A stretch of 64,000 bases of DNA from Piromyces finnis finn (GCA_002104945.1 MCFH01000032.1:1-64000), one strand, 5' to 3'; shown: positions 48,745 to 63,999, numbered from the stretch's first letter. The notes: generated from the sequence alone by a model not told the origin. A program made the numbers and translations.

Positions 48745-51700
48745 CTAAAGTTTTAAATCTTTTAGAATGGTGGTACATATCTTTTTATATTTCCAAAGAT
48801 TACCCGATATTCTGCGAAATTGAACACCATGAAGATTAAGCCATGGTATACGAACAATAGCAATTTCAAAACGAATTGTGTTGTTTGTGTTTTGTTGTTG
48901 TTTTAAAATAGAGTTGAGATTAGCATAAGAGTTCGGAGAAAGCTTCTTCAAACTATTTGAAGTCGGTGAAGTGAGATTTGTATTAATTATGGAAAGATCA
49001 TTATCATGATGATGATGTTGTTGTTGATCGTTCATACTGATTGTATTCGATAAAGGTTCATTTGATAATTCATTAGTAGAGAAAAGTTTATTCACTGGTA
49101 CTGTCGATACTGATAAAATAGATATATCATTGATGTCTTCATATTCTATACCGCCATTGGATAATCCTTGATTATTTTCATCAATACCAGCAGTACTTTG
49201 AAGGCTTGTTTTGGTGGCAGGCAAAGTATTCAATAATTTATTTTCCAAAACTTTACTATTTATTTCAACAGAGTTTTCATTAGATCCAGATGGTGGTGTC
49301 ACTACTGGTGTAGGTGGTTCAATCGTTATATAAGAAGGCGTGTCTGCCAAGGAGATAGGCTGAATACTTTCCATTGAGGAGTAATCCTCATATACTTCTT
49401 GATCAGGTAGGTTAAGAATGCGACTATGGGAAGTACTTGCTGAATTTGGATTAGATACTGTCAATATGGTTGTACCACTAGTGGTTGTCACATTATTATT
49501 GGAAGAAACTAATTTATGACCATCCTTACTGTTGGTTGGAAGGGAAGCAACTTTAGTAAAGGAAGTTTTATGATGACCTGGAACACAATAGGTAATAGAA
49601 CGTTTCAAATGACTAGTTTTGGAAGGTTCACCAGTGGCAATGGAAAGGGAATTTATACCATTATTAATTTCAATGTAATCCTGTTGCCATGCATTTTGAG
49701 GATATTTTAAATTTTGATGACTACTACTATTACGAAGAGTATTGCCATTTCCTACTGGTATAAAACTCGTCATATTATCTGTATCGTACAGGATAATACT
49801 TGAATTTGAATTTTCTCTTGTGGATGAGAAGGAGGAAAAGGCTTGTAATGAGGCTGGTGGACTTAAAAGTTGAGAAGAGGCTGTTGATGATCCAACCATA
49901 CCAAAAGAGGATTGAGATTGGGATGCTAATTGCGTTTGAGATGGCGCTTGTGAAGAATTTAAGACTGGAATATTTTCCATTGAACCTTGATCACTAGTAG
50001 ATGATTTATCTTTTGATCTATGCTTTATTCTATTTTTGATCTTTTCTTTAAGATTCAAATTTAATTTGGTGGTGGAATTTATTAAAGAATTGGATTTAGA
50101 ACTAGAATTGGAATTGGAATTATTAGTATTGATGATTCCTTTTTGCTCGTTGTTTGTAAGATCATTTTCACTAAAACTTTGACTATCTTCGGTAGAATCC
50201 TCATTACTCATTCCTCCATCTGATCTTTTAGATTTTTTATGAATACCATGTCGAATACTTTTACTAATTTTGAGATGTGACTTTAACAATTTATGACTAT
50301 CCAAAATACGATTGTACTTTATGTTTCCCATACTTTTACTTTTACTCACAACCTTATTTTTACCATCAGGGGAGGTGACCAAAAAGGTTTGACTAGGAAG
50401 AGGAGTGTTGGTATACTGAGTAGTATTGAGTCCACCATTCACACTATTAGAACTTGAGTGATTGCCCATTGAAGGATTAACCATAGTAGTACTATCCATT
50501 GTGGTAATACTATTACTATTACTATTATTCATACTCTTTTTCCAATTACCCTTACCTAGTTTACTTACAAATATATTGGCAAAACTTTTTGAACGAATCT
50601 TACGACCAATCTTATTATTTGGAACAGCTATATTACCACCGCTGATATTATTGCCCGTACCGGGTATAGCAGCTGCAGTTGTTGTTGAGTTGGCTAGGAT
50701 TCCTTTTTCATATTCTTGATTAAAGGTTTCTGTGTCCATACTATAGCTGTAATTACTAACAAAGGAAGATGAACCGTCTACCACCGATAAAAAGGAATTC
50801 GAATTTGTGGTAGCTGCTGTATTTGTATTGAACGGATTTAAAGTGTAATCTGGGATATACTCACATTGGAAGGATCCCGCCATTTCAACGTAAAATAAAC
50901 CAAATTTAAACAAGGTGGTAATGATAGATTGGCGAATTTCGGAAGGACTATGAGTGGATGTATTACTTACAGAAAAGAGACCTTTTAAATTTACATTTTT
51001 TATATTTTGATCTGCACGACTCAAGGTTAGAGGAACTTTAAATTGGAAGGGTGATGTTGTTAACATATCGGTAAAAGATAAATCACTAGCACTTTCCTGA
51101 GAATGTTGACGACGATGACCCAATTTTAATTGCTCAAAAGACACTGGATGATACATGGTTTGACGATTATTATAGTTAAAGTTGCTACGAAGATCTCTTA
51201 ATTCTCCACTATGAACCTTGGTCATACCTGAATTAGGTACATAATAGTTGGAGGTATAGCCTTTAATATTATTGCTATTTGTACTACTACTAGTACTGTC
51301 CATTGACATAACGGTATTATTAGTGTTACCACCATTATTATTTTTTGAAAATGTTTTTCCAATGACAAAACTAAATCGACGAAGATTGGAAAATGATTTA
51401 CGACGACTAGGTTCATTTCTAGTCATTGTGCTCTCTTCATTTGGAATAATCATAGAATGACGAGTGAGATCATGTCCATTAGAATTGGTATTTAAGCTGG
51501 TCATTGTCATTGGAATATCTAAGGCCTCTTGAAATTGTTGCATATTAGGACGAACCATGGATGCAGAGATAGCTCTTGGTCTTGCAGCTACTTTTGGAAT
51601 AGAGAGGGAAGCATGATCAATACCAACGGCAGTATTGTTTCCTTTTGATGAATTAAGATCTGTGAAAGGAATAAGGGACTCTGCTGTAGCAGAAGATTTT

Positions 51701-53897
51701 CTACTCTTACTTTCTTTTTTATTATTGGTATTATTTTGTGCTGCTTGTGCTGCTGTTTCAGTGACAGTTGTACCATTTTTATTGCTGCTTCCAGAAAATA
51801 TTTTATTAATTTTAGACTTTGAAATGAGATTTTTTAACGGTGTCTTTTCATTTACACTACCGGTTATATTTTCCTTGTCCTTCAAAGAAGGATTTTCTTC
51901 TACTCCATGCATACTACTACCTCCAATGGTATTTGTAGGTGGTACGGTAATAGCATCTGAATGAGGATCATTTTTATAATTTTTATTTACTGCAGAGCTA
52001 GGATTACTACCTTTTCTCTTTTTACCACCATGACTATTGATGGATTTAACAGGACTTGGGGATGAGAAGGAACGTTTCGAGGAAATAAGGGATACTTGAT
52101 GACTATTATTTTGTAAGGTCTCCTTGGATGATGATAAACTAGTTTTAAGATCCACCATTTCATTTTTATTTTCTGGTGTTTCATTGGTGGTGGTAGTGGT
52201 GGTGGTAGAGGAGTAATAACTATTAATATTATTGTGATGGTCAGGAGGTTGTGGTAATGGATGAGTTGGAGTGGAATGATTAGCCACAATGGATACTGTA
52301 TCTACAATACTAGAATCTAATATAACTTCAGCATCCATTTTAATGAATTCATCCTCTTTAGATTCCAACGTTTCTGCGATATGCTCTGTATAGTGATTGA
52401 TAGAATCTTCAGAAGAAGAATTTGCAATTTCAAATTTAATATTTTCATTACGATTCTTAATATCAATGGTTAATGGTGGGGTAGATGTCATTGATTTCAC
52501 ATTTGCTGTAGCTACAGGATTTGAGTAATCATTACTTTCCATAGATGAAGGGTCTACTGTTACAACCATTGTCTTATTATTGTTGATATCATCAATATCC
52601 ACAATAACAGGTACTGTTGGGGGAACAGTTTCTTTAGAATTAGAAATTGTAGTTAGTACATTATTATTATTTTGTAGGATACCTTCTCGTAAAATATCTT
52701 CCGCCGAGAGTCTTAAATCACGGTTTTTATAATTATCGAGTTGATTAGCGTGGTGTAAAGCTGCAGTTTGGTTTTGCATTTCCATTGAAATTTTATATTT
52801 TTCAATGCGTTCCAATTTTTCTGCCACTAAATAATAAATATTAATGATAGGTAGGATATGTTTTTTAATTTGTTCTTCATCATCTGTTGAAAGAGTATTA
52901 TTAATACTTGAAGAATTCGAAAATGAACGTGTTATACTTTTTATACTACCACTACGATTATTAATACCACTACCTATTGATTTTTTATTTCTTTTACGTA
53001 TGATATTTAAAAATTTGAAATTTTCTGGTTCTTTTACGATACCACTTGATATGGATTGTTCAATAATAGTATTGATTTCTTCTGTTGAACCAAAACCAAA
53101 ACCTTTCATATTTTTCAAAACACGTATATCCAATGGAATTGTCAAGGGTTCTCTTGGTAATAAAAAATTATTTAATGGGGTATCATATCCTTTTAATATC
53201 CAAGGATGAGATTTAATTTTATTCATATTGATTCTTTCTTTTGATTCTACTTTTAACATTTGTGATAATAAATCAACACATTCTTTTGAAAAAAAAAAGA
53301 ACATACTGGTTAATTACTATAATTTTTATTATACTTATAATTATTATTATTGCTAATTGCTACTACTACTACTACTATGACTATGACTATGACTATTAGT
53401 ATTACGAGTGTGATTATTACAACTATTACTACTATGGCTACTATAACTATTATTATTATTACTATTACTACAATGACACCTATTTATTTTAATACTTTGA
53501 AATTTTGATATTATTAATATTATTATAAATATCTTTTTTTTTTTTTTACCCTACCTTTTGATAAATAAGCAGGATATTCCACATGTCCAGCCTTTATTTT
53601 TTGATATAATACAGGCATACTCTCATCATCAAAAGGTACTTTACCGCATACCAATACATATAAGATAATACCTATACTCCAAATATCAATTTCTGGTCCA
53701 ATATACTCTTTAGCATTTAATAATTCCGGTGCTTTTTTTTTTTTTTTTTTAAACGAAATATATATGTGTATATAAATATATAAATATATTATATATATAT
53801 ATTTTTTACATGATTAGTATTATTATTATAGGTAAAATTTAAGTTTGCTTATTATAAACATGTAGACTACAACTACTACTACTACTACTACTACTAC

Positions 53898-53942
<45 letters not shown>

Positions 53943-54192
53943 CGTTGTTGTAGTTATTGCTGTAATTTTGAGTAACTTTCACTACTACTTTTTATAAAAT
54001 CGTAAATTACCTGCAAAATATAAACTACCACAAAAGGTTTTTAGATGTTTATTAGTATCATATAAATTTGATAAACCGAAATCAATCAATTTGATTTCAC
54101 CATTTTTATCAATTAATACATTTTCAATTTTTAAATCCTGTAGATATAGAAAAAAAAAAATTCAAAACATTGGGATGTAATAAGTTTTTTTT

Positions 54193-54230
<38 letters not shown>

Positions 54231-55358
54231 AAATTAGTTAAACTTTTTTAAAAAAAAAAAAAATCAAATTTTAGGGATGTATTAAAGTGATTTAAATAAA
54301 TAATATAATGATAAAACCATTTAAAGCATCCTTAATGATATTAAATAATATTTACTCTATGAACGATTGAATTTTGATGACAATAATCTATAGGATGAAG
54401 AGGATCATTTTTTTTATTACGGAACATATTATAAATAATTTAATGAAGAAGCCAAAGATAAAATGTTAGTAATACTGTGTCATCAATAGTAGTCTTTATC
54501 GTACAACTCTTCTAATTTAAAACTTACCCACGGCAGATATAATTTCTCGAATAAATTTCCGAGCATGATGTTCCTTTAAACGACCATGACTAATGATATA
54601 ATCCAGCATTTGACCACCATTGACATATTCAAAAAAGAAATAATAATAATTATCCCAAATAACAAATTTATCCATAAAAGCGATATGTGGATGATGTAAT
54701 AATAAAACAATAGCCGCCTCTCTTAATATTCTATTTTCTTTGATTTCCTGAGAATTTGCAATTTCCTTTGGATATAATTCTGGAAATTTATCCAATTCTG
54801 TCGTTGAATCAATAATAATTGGTTCATCTGTTGGTTCTCGTAATGTATTATCACTATGTCTAGATTTATAACAAGGTCTCGGCATAATTTTGCATGCACG
54901 CTAAAAAATAGTAATAATAAATAAAATTTAAAAATTAAATAGTAGTATTAATATATAATGAAATGTACTAATTATCTATTCATTTTTCATTATATCTACA
55001 AAAAAAAAAAAATTTTTTTTCATAGCTATAATTAACTAAGAATATTTATAATTTAAAATGCAATTATTTAAAAATTTATCTATTATATTCTATGCTCTAA
55101 TTTTTATAGAGCGTTTTATTTTTTATTCACCTTTTCACCTGTTTTTTGATTTATAGCAATTTTTACTTTACCCATACTACCTTGTCCTATAGTCTTTACT
55201 AATTTATAATCTCCGATAATTTTTCTTGGTTTTAAATTACCGTCCTTATCTCGATTATTAGGTTGTTCTAATATTGTAGGTACTAAACCACCATTTACAT
55301 TTGCTTTCATTTTAGCAGATAGAACATCTGCATCAGATAGTGAACGTCTATGAGTCAT
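48745..55358 (-). CDS. kin1: Kin1/Kin2-like (MARK/Par-1 family) Ser/Thr kinase, 1824 aa, six exons
   Basis: Exons 55358-55131, 54900-54528, 54387-54356, 54137-54011, 53731-53555, 53282-48745 have GT-AG borders and consistent phases. Motifs [27 protein letters not shown] and a C-terminal KA1 domain. Confidence 0.9.
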
Positions 55359-58300
55359 TTTTTTTTTAATTATTATTACTGATATTAATTGTGGGATAAG
55401 AAATAAAATAGTTGTAAAGTTTTTTTTATTATTATTTTAATAGTTTTATTATGTTGGTTGATATTCTCCAAAAAAAAAGGTATATTCTTTGAATACCAAT
55501 TTTCAATTTAAATTGAAATAAATATATAGTTATTTTAAATATTTTATAAATCTCGAATTGAACAAATGGATATAAAATTTACAAGAAATATTAGCTATTT
55601 AGGCTTTTTTTTTTTAAAATTGTGATGTTTCAAAATGATACGCAAGTAGTATTGTATGTATTGAAATTAAAAGTTTTTCTTTTTATTCAAAGTAAAATAT
55701 TGATTTGTGTTAAAGTTTTAATTTCTATTAGTATTAATTGAATTGAAACGTTTATAAAAGGGTATTGTTTTTTTTTTCTTAAAAAATTTTAAACTTTATA
55801 AAATGTAATAAATTTCATAGTCTTGTACGTAATAAATGATATATATTTTATTAAAGTAGATAAATTCAAAAAGAAGTGTTTTTTTTTTTTTTTTTTTTTA
55901 AAAAAAATATTAAACGTTAAATTTTATTTATATATAAATAGTTGATATGTTTCTATTGATATTCCATTTATATATTACTAAAATAAGTTGAGTAATTTAA
56001 TATGAGTAATTATATTGTCTACATGATGAGTTTATTTTAGTTACATTAAAAAAGTTTATTAATGTAATTTATATATATTATTTAATTTAATTATATATAA
56101 TGTTGGTATATTGTTCTTGATAAATAAAGTTTATTTTTATTCAAAGGTAAGATAAAACAAAAAAAGAAAATAAATAAGCTATGATAAATTTAATGTGAAA
56201 TATTTAATGTTATTGCTGTTCTTATTGTTACTATTTTTTTATTGACAATTTTATTATGGTCAATTAAATTTTAATGTATTATTTTAAATACAATAAATTA
56301 AATATTCTTTTTTTGTTTCGTTTTTAAACACTGACAAGATTGTTAGTAATAATAATGATGATAATAATTAAAAGTTTCTAATGATAATACGTATATATCT
56401 TTTAATAAAAAGATATAATATTTCTTGAATATAATTAATAAAATAAAAAATTTTATTCTTATTTTATATTTACGATTTCAATAAGAATAAAGAATACTGC
56501 TTTATTATATATATAACGAAATGATAAAGTATAGTGCTCTTTTTTTTTTTTTTATTTTCTTTTTTCTTTTAGAATTTAAGGTTAAATTGGGTAGATTATG
56601 ATTTTTTTAAATTTTCATTTTATATAAATGGTTTAAATTTATTAAATAGATATTTCCTTGGTTATACTCTTTTATTCAATATCACCTTATCTATTCTATA
56701 TATATTTTAATGTTCTTCTAAAACAAAATTTCTACCCATTGAACAATAAAATATAAAAGAAAATAAAGATATCAACTATTATTATTATTATTATTATTAT
56801 TGTTGTTGTTGTTGATGATGTTGTTGATGATGATGATGTTAATGTTATGGTTGATGTTGATGATGTATACTTTTTTAAAAAAAAAAGTTTTTTTCTTTTT
56901 TTTTTAATTTATTATTAAATATTTTTAATATTTAATAATATTTAATATAATCTAATCTAATCTAATATATAATAGGTAATATATATGCAATATATTTTTT
57001 TAATTATAATTTTTTAATTTTTATTCCTTTTTTTTTAAAAAAAAAATAATTAAAAACTCTATATATTAAACATAATATAAATATAATATATTTATTTATA
57101 TATGTTATATATATTATATATAAAAAAATAAAGATTGCAGAAAGATGCTTCTTTTCCTACTAGAAATCAACCAGACGAGTAAATGCCTGGCTAGCATTCA
57201 CAAGGCTAGTAATAAAAAAATGGACTGAAAGCTCTGCTAGCATTTATAGGGTTGGTAGAGAAAATAAAGTAATGATTGTAATGATTTTGTTATTAAGTAG
57301 CATTGATGAATTGTTATTTCTATCCATCTGCCTATTTATTTCTCTGTGTCTGTCTGTCTTTTTGTTAGTAATACATGAGTACTATTATTGTATTATTACC
57401 ATGTATTATCATCAATTTTTACCATTGTATTATTGATAATATGCTAGTTTTTTGAGCTAATACTTTGCATACCTTTTTTTGATTTCTTTTCAAATGAACA
57501 ATACGTTCAGAAATGTTGTTGGTGATTTATTCTTTTTTTTTTTTAATCTCACTTTAATTATTTTCTACCTTTATAATTTAGCTTTTTTCCATTCAATTCT
57601 TTTCTTTCTTTTATAACTTTTTTTTTTTTCACATCCCATTTCATCTCTTTTATCCTAACTCTTTCTCATTCCTCATTCCTCATTCCTCATTCCTCATTTC
57701 TCTTCTCTTTTTCTCATTCCTCATCTTCTCTTTCTATCTTTTCCTCTTCTTTAACTTTGCCTAAAGTTCAAAAGGTTTTTTTTTTTTTTGCTAAATCATC
57801 CTACTTTTTAAAGTTTTTTTAAATAGAATTAAAATTTCATTTTCAAAATAATATATTATATACTATATATTATAATACATTCATTATATATTAACATAAT
57901 AGAATTCAATTTATTAAAAATTTTTAAATTTTTTTTGGAACATTAATTATATAAAATATTAATTGATATATGGAATATATTGAATATATTCATTCTATAC
58001 ACTACAATAAATTATAATAAATAGAGTCTACTGATTAGCATATATATTATAATATATATAATAGTTTAATTAATTTTAAAATTTTAATTCTTAATTTTTT
58101 ACAAAAAAATTCTGTAATTTATCTTATTTATATTTATTATAAATTATAATATATTATACAATAAACGTTTATATTGAATAGAATATATTGCAATATAAAA
58201 GTTTTAATGAAGAGGTGAAGAAGAAGGGAAGAAGGGAAGAAGAAGAAGAAGAAGGGAAGTAAAGGCTTTTTTTTTTATTAATAAACTCTAAAGATCAGAG

Positions 58301-58574
58301 CATTGAAAGTATTTTGTAACATATTTTAAAGTATAGCTCAGAATAAGGAATGCAAAAGAATTGATACTAAAGAATGTTTCTTCAATGGAATCTTGGTGTA
58401 ATAATGAACATTGAAAATCTTTAAATATGTAATGACTACGAACCTACGAACTAGATCGTATTCATCATAATACCATTGTTGTATTCTTTTACCTATTTTC
58501 ATTGTCTTGTTGAAAACAGAAAGAAAAAGTGGTAGCTTTTTTTTTAATTCTCAATTAGCATTCTTTATAGGCAT

Positions 58575-59460
58575 TACTTTGACTATTACCGATTACTATT
58601 ACTTTGACTATTACTATTACTTTGACTATTACTATTACTTTGACTATTACTATTACTTTGACTATTACTATTACTTTGACTATTACTATTACTATTACTA
58701 TTACTTTGACTATTACTTTGACTATTACTATTACTATTACTATTACTATTACTATTACTATTACTATTACTATTACTATTACTATTACTATTACTATTAC
58801 TATTACTATTACTATTACTATTACTATTACTATTACTATGACTATGACTATGACTATTACTATTACTATTACTATTACTATTACTATTACTTTGACTATT
58901 ACTATGATTATCATCGATAACTATCATCGATTACTATTACTATTACTATTACTATTACTATTACTATTACTATTACTATTACTATTACTATTACTATTAC
59001 TATTACTATTACTATTACTATTACTATTACTATTACTATTACTATTACTATTACTATTACTATTACTATTACTATTACTATTACTATTACTATTACTATT
59101 ACTATTACTATTACTATTACTATTACTATTACTATTACTATTACTATTACTATTACTATTACTATTACTATTACTATTACTATTACTATTACTATTACTA
59201 TTACTATTACTATTACTATTACTATTACTATTACTATTACTATTACTATTACTATTACTATTACTATTACTATTACTATTTACTATTACTATTACTATTA
59301 CTATTACTATTACTATTACTATTACTATTACTATTACTATTACTATTACTATTACTATTACTATTACTATTACTATTACTATTACTATTACTATTACTAT
59401 TACTATTACTATTACTATGATTATCATCGATAACTATCATCGATTATTATTACTATTACC
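58575..59460. repeat. (ATTACT)n hexamer array with variant units
   Basis: Visible array with TTTGAC/ATGACT variants and a 28-bp interruption present twice. Confidence 0.96.
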
Positions 59461-60913
59461 GATTATTATTACTGATTAACATTTAAATATTATTCTTTTA
59501 TGTATCATTATATATTCTCAGGTATTAATATGCCTTTTTTTTATTGAAAACATTGAAAATTATAATAATGAATGTTGTTATAATGGTAAGAAATAAAAAT
59601 GTTCTTGCCGGATTTCTTCTTTGCCCTTTCCTTTGCTTTTTTTATGAAAATTGTTCCTTTAATGTTTTTGTTACATTTAAAAAAAAATTAAATAGTAAAT
59701 TTATTTACTCTATTATTTATTTATACATTTATTTAATTATCAATTTATCTATTTATTTATATCTATTTATTTAATATTTATTTAGTTATATATTTATTTA
59801 ATTATCTATTTATCTATTGATTTACTTCTTTAATCTATTTTTTATATAAATCATTATTTATTTTAATATATCTATAATATATGAAAGAAATAATTATAGA
59901 ATAGAAATCATCATAAAACCAATTCTATTTTAATATATGATTAATACTTTTTCTGTTTTTTTTTTTTTGATAGATAATAAAAGATTAAACTTTCTTTTTT
60001 AGTAATTTATTTATTTTATAATTATACATCCATTTAATTATATTAATAATATTTATTTAAATGATATATATACATTTATTAATATTTGTGTCACCATGGC
60101 ATCATTTTTGTTTATATTAAATTTTTTTAACAAAAAAAAATTAAACATAAATAGTAATATTTAAGTTGATTCAATTTTAAATACTATTCATAATATATTA
60201 TAATATATATTGTGTAATATATTAAATGTCATTTTAACTTATAAAAAAAAGTAAACTTTTAGAAAGTAATTTGGCAATAGCAAAAGCAATCTGCAGTGTT
60301 GCAGTAGAGATGTAGAGATATGGAAGAAGCAGCATTGTTGTGGCATTGTTGCAGCAGAACCATTGCATTTTAGTGTTTAGTATGCTTAATATTAATATTT
60401 ATACTTTTGATATATTAAATTATGCAAAGATGTTTTTTTTTTTTCTATTATTTGAAAGATCAATGCACAACTATTAACTTTTAATGTTAAAAAAAAAAAA
60501 ATCTTTTTATATACAAAATTCTGTTCTTTACTTAAAACTTGACTTTAATATCCAAAGTATTCAAAACCGGTATTTATAACATTTGTAATATTTATAAAAT
60601 TCTTTTCATTTTTTATAAAAATTGATTGTGACATTAAATCAAGACGAGTTGACATTTTATTATGAAGTTGAAGTAAGCTTTTTTTTTTTTTGTTTGATAA
60701 AAAAATGAATTTATTAAAAAACATTCCTTTTTGTTTATTCATCTTCTCTTTTTCTTTCTTTTTTCCTTTTTTCCTTTTTTACTGTAAACTTTTTCATTTT
60801 CATAGTAAAAAAGTTTAATGATCCATTTTGTGTAACCTTAAAATTTAATTATGTATTATCCAAAAGTTCTGAAAATAAAAGAATTCTTTTGGTGAAAAAA
60901 AGCGTATATAAAG

Positions 60914-60946
<33 letters not shown>

Positions 60947-62459
60947 ATGAAAAGAAAAAGAATGAAAAGAAGAAAGCGATTGTTTTTTTTCCAGAGATGA
61001 TAATGATGGAAATAAAAATAAACGGTATTAGAAAATCAATGAAAAAAAAAAAATATTTGTATCTGTAGCAGTTTTAAATAAATTTTAGTAAAGGATTTTT
61101 TCTACTGGAAAAGGTTTTATAAGACATTTTAATCATGATACTACCTGACCTGTCTATTCATTTATAAAAGATTTAGAATTTATTATTTTTAAATAAAATA
61201 AAATTATACTCTTTACTTTTTTTTAAAAAAATATGACATATAGCATACGAAAACATTTGATCATCATTATTTAATAGAAAAAAAAAAAGACTTTTTTTAA
61301 ATGAATGAATAATTAAATAATAAAATAAATAAATAGATAAATTAAAATAAATGAACAAGTAAATAAATTTTTTATTAATAAATATAAAAAATTTTTTTTT
61401 GAAAATTTGAAAATTTTAAACTTTTAAAAGGACTTTTATACTACTAAAATCAACAAAACGAAACAAAACGAAACAAAACAAAATCAACAAAAAATTTAAA
61501 AGATATTATCAAATAAATAAATAAAAAACAAACAAATAAATAAAATGGATACTGAAACTATTAAGAGAGCTAGAAGGAAATATTTATTCAATGAAGATGA
61601 CAATATATTATATGACGATGAAGGTTAATAGATTCTTTTTTTTTGAAAAAAAATGTTTACATTAGCAACAATAATAATGTTTATAAAAGTTATTATTATA
61701 AAATTATATACTATTATATTATTTATATAACTATAAAATCTATATTTATTATATAAAATGATTTTTTTTTTTTTTTTAACATTTTTTTTTTTTTTTTTTT
61801 AAAAATTTAATCAACAAAAACAATAATTTGAAAATAAAAACCTTGGATTTTTCTTTTGAAAATTTTTTTAAAGAACAAGAAGAAATAATTAATGCTTTAT
61901 CTGAAAAAAATGATAAAAATAATGAAATCTATTCTGTAACTATTTTAAAAGAATTTCAAATTTTTTAAAAAATTGATGTGCATATATAAAGACATTTCAA
62001 AAAAACTAATCCATTGAATTAATATTGTTATATATTATATTATATATTTATTATTATTATTAACTCATGGGTAATAGATAGCTATTTCAATTGCTTTCGT
62101 AATATTAAATTTATTGTAAGTATCAAAAATAAAATATTGCGGTTAATAATTATTCTTTAATCCTCAATATTTATTTTTATTATTATTAATGTATTTATTT
62201 ATGTCTTGAATAAATTTCCTTTGTTTATTATTATTAAATATTATTACTCTTTTTATCATATGGCTATTAAATATTTTATTGTATTTTATTATTACTACAA
62301 TGACCATTATTATTGACTTTTTTTTTTTTCCAATTCTAAAAAAAAAAAAAACTATAAAGTTTCAATTTCGAAATTATTTCCAAACATTTTTCTTTCCTAA
62401 GTGTTTTTATTATTTTATTATCTTGGTTGGTTGTATGTTGTATTACCACATCCTTCAGA

Positions 62460-62873
62460 CAATACACCACACATAAATATTATGTTCGTATTGGCGATAA
62501 TGACAAAGATGATGATAATTATAATTCAGAAGAAATATCTACAGCTAAAAAACCACATTTTAAAAAAAAGTATTTAGAATATTTCAATATATTAGGTAAA
62601 AAAATGGATTTTAAACGTTTTGATATAACCAATGATGAGGAAGTACCAAATTCACCTTATTTTGACATTAAGAATTATATTAGTTTGGGACTTTCACTTT
62701 TGATTATTGGATTAACCATTGGTTTTCAAAATTGGTGGCATATCAATAAATTAATTCCTTTTGTTCCTTTGATCATGGCTAGCGTTAATCTTTATGCTTC
62801 AGTTATCATTGATGAAACTACTACAGAAATAAATAGTTTAAAAGGTTATAAATCACCATATAAAGGTGCTTAA
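62460..62873 (+). CDS. Probable last exon of a small membrane protein gene
   Basis: Coding-like composition, two hydrophobic segments, ends ...LKGYKSPYKGA-stop. A possible first exon MDTETIKRARRKYLF... starts at ~61546. Family not identified. Confidence 0.5.
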   Translation, partial: QYTTHKYYVRIGDNDKDDDNYNSEEISTAKKPHFKKKYLEYFNILGKKMDFKRFDITNDEEVPNSPYFDIKNYISLGLSLLIIGLTIGFQNWWHINKLIPFVPLIMASVNLYASVIIDETTTEINSLKGYKSPYKGA

Positions 62874-63304
62874 TTACTCTAACAAAAATAAAAACATCGT
62901 TAAAAAAAAAAAAAAAAACCTTTTTTTTTTTTTTTTCCCCTTCATATATAAATAATTGTAATGAACGCATAGGATTTCAATTTAACATGTATAACTATTT
63001 CAAAGTTTTAACCTTTTCATATATATATAATTTAGGATACTAATTAATTGAGCATCATCATCATCATCATTATAATAAAAATAACCAACAATATATATAT
63101 CATTAATTCTATTAATAACACTATTATTATCAACATTAATGTTATTTGTTGCCATTATATTTATTTTTTTAAACTTTAAAATTTATAGAATGATAATTAT
63201 GGGTATGATTTTGGGGTTATTTTTTAACCTTTTAAAAAGGTTTATTTTTAAATAAAATGAGAAAGAATCGAATTTTCTTATATTTGAAATGTGTATAAAA
63301 ATAA

Positions 63305-63352
<48 letters not shown>

Positions 63353-63726
63353 TAGTATTAGTGTTTTTGCTATTATTAGTATTATAGTTATGGTGCTATT
63401 GTAATTGATTAGGAGGTTAAGAGGTTATTATTAAATAATGAATTTAAATATATATATAGAACTATAAATGTATAAAAGAAAAGAAAAAATAAACCATTGT
63501 CCCTAACTATATTATAACATTTGGTATATAAAAAATCAATTTTAAAAGTAAAAAAAAAAAATATTTATCATCATCATAAAAAAAAAAAAAAAAGTCTATT
63601 ATAAATAGAAAGATACAGATCAACTATGGAATTCTTAAAACTTGATAAAGATATTCATACACACACATATATATACATATGCATATATATAATAAAAAAT
63701 GATGGAGATGAGGCATACAGGGAGGT

Positions 63727-63999
63727 TTAATCCATATATTTTCTTTTTAATTTATCATCTCTTTTTTGTTTCTTCATTTTTTTAAAATGTTCAATTTCTT
63801 TACGACTAAGTTTTCTTTTACCCGATTTATTGTTGTCACCTTCTCCTCCTCTGGATTGATGAATTGTATTGTAATGTTGTTGATAGGCCTCTGGATTGAA
63901 ATAGTATTGCATTTGACGTTCACCTTTTGATTCTGGAGTGAAATAATCTTTAGTATTTATCATAATATCACTTGTATTTTGTTGAAAACGTCCAGTTCT
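63727..63999 (-). CDS. 3' terminal exon of a gene continuing beyond the window; Lys-rich basic C-terminus
   Basis: Frame is open to the window end (RTGRFQQ...RQMQYYF...KRKLSRKEIEHFKKMKKQK...YMD-stop). It resembles, from memory, the tail of a fungal WW-domain protein family; unverified. Confidence 0.55.
   Translation of the reverse strand, partial: RTGRFQQNTSDIMINTKDYFTPESKGERQMQYYFNPEAYQQHYNTIHQSRGGEGDNNKSGKRKLSRKEIEHFKKMKKQKRDDKLKRKYMD

Noticed and set aside
59544-62476. Short AT-rich ORFs (59544, 60545, 61173, 62279; also 47914)
   Set aside because: Low-complexity Phe/Ile/Lys/Tyr composition typical of intergenic or intronic DNA.
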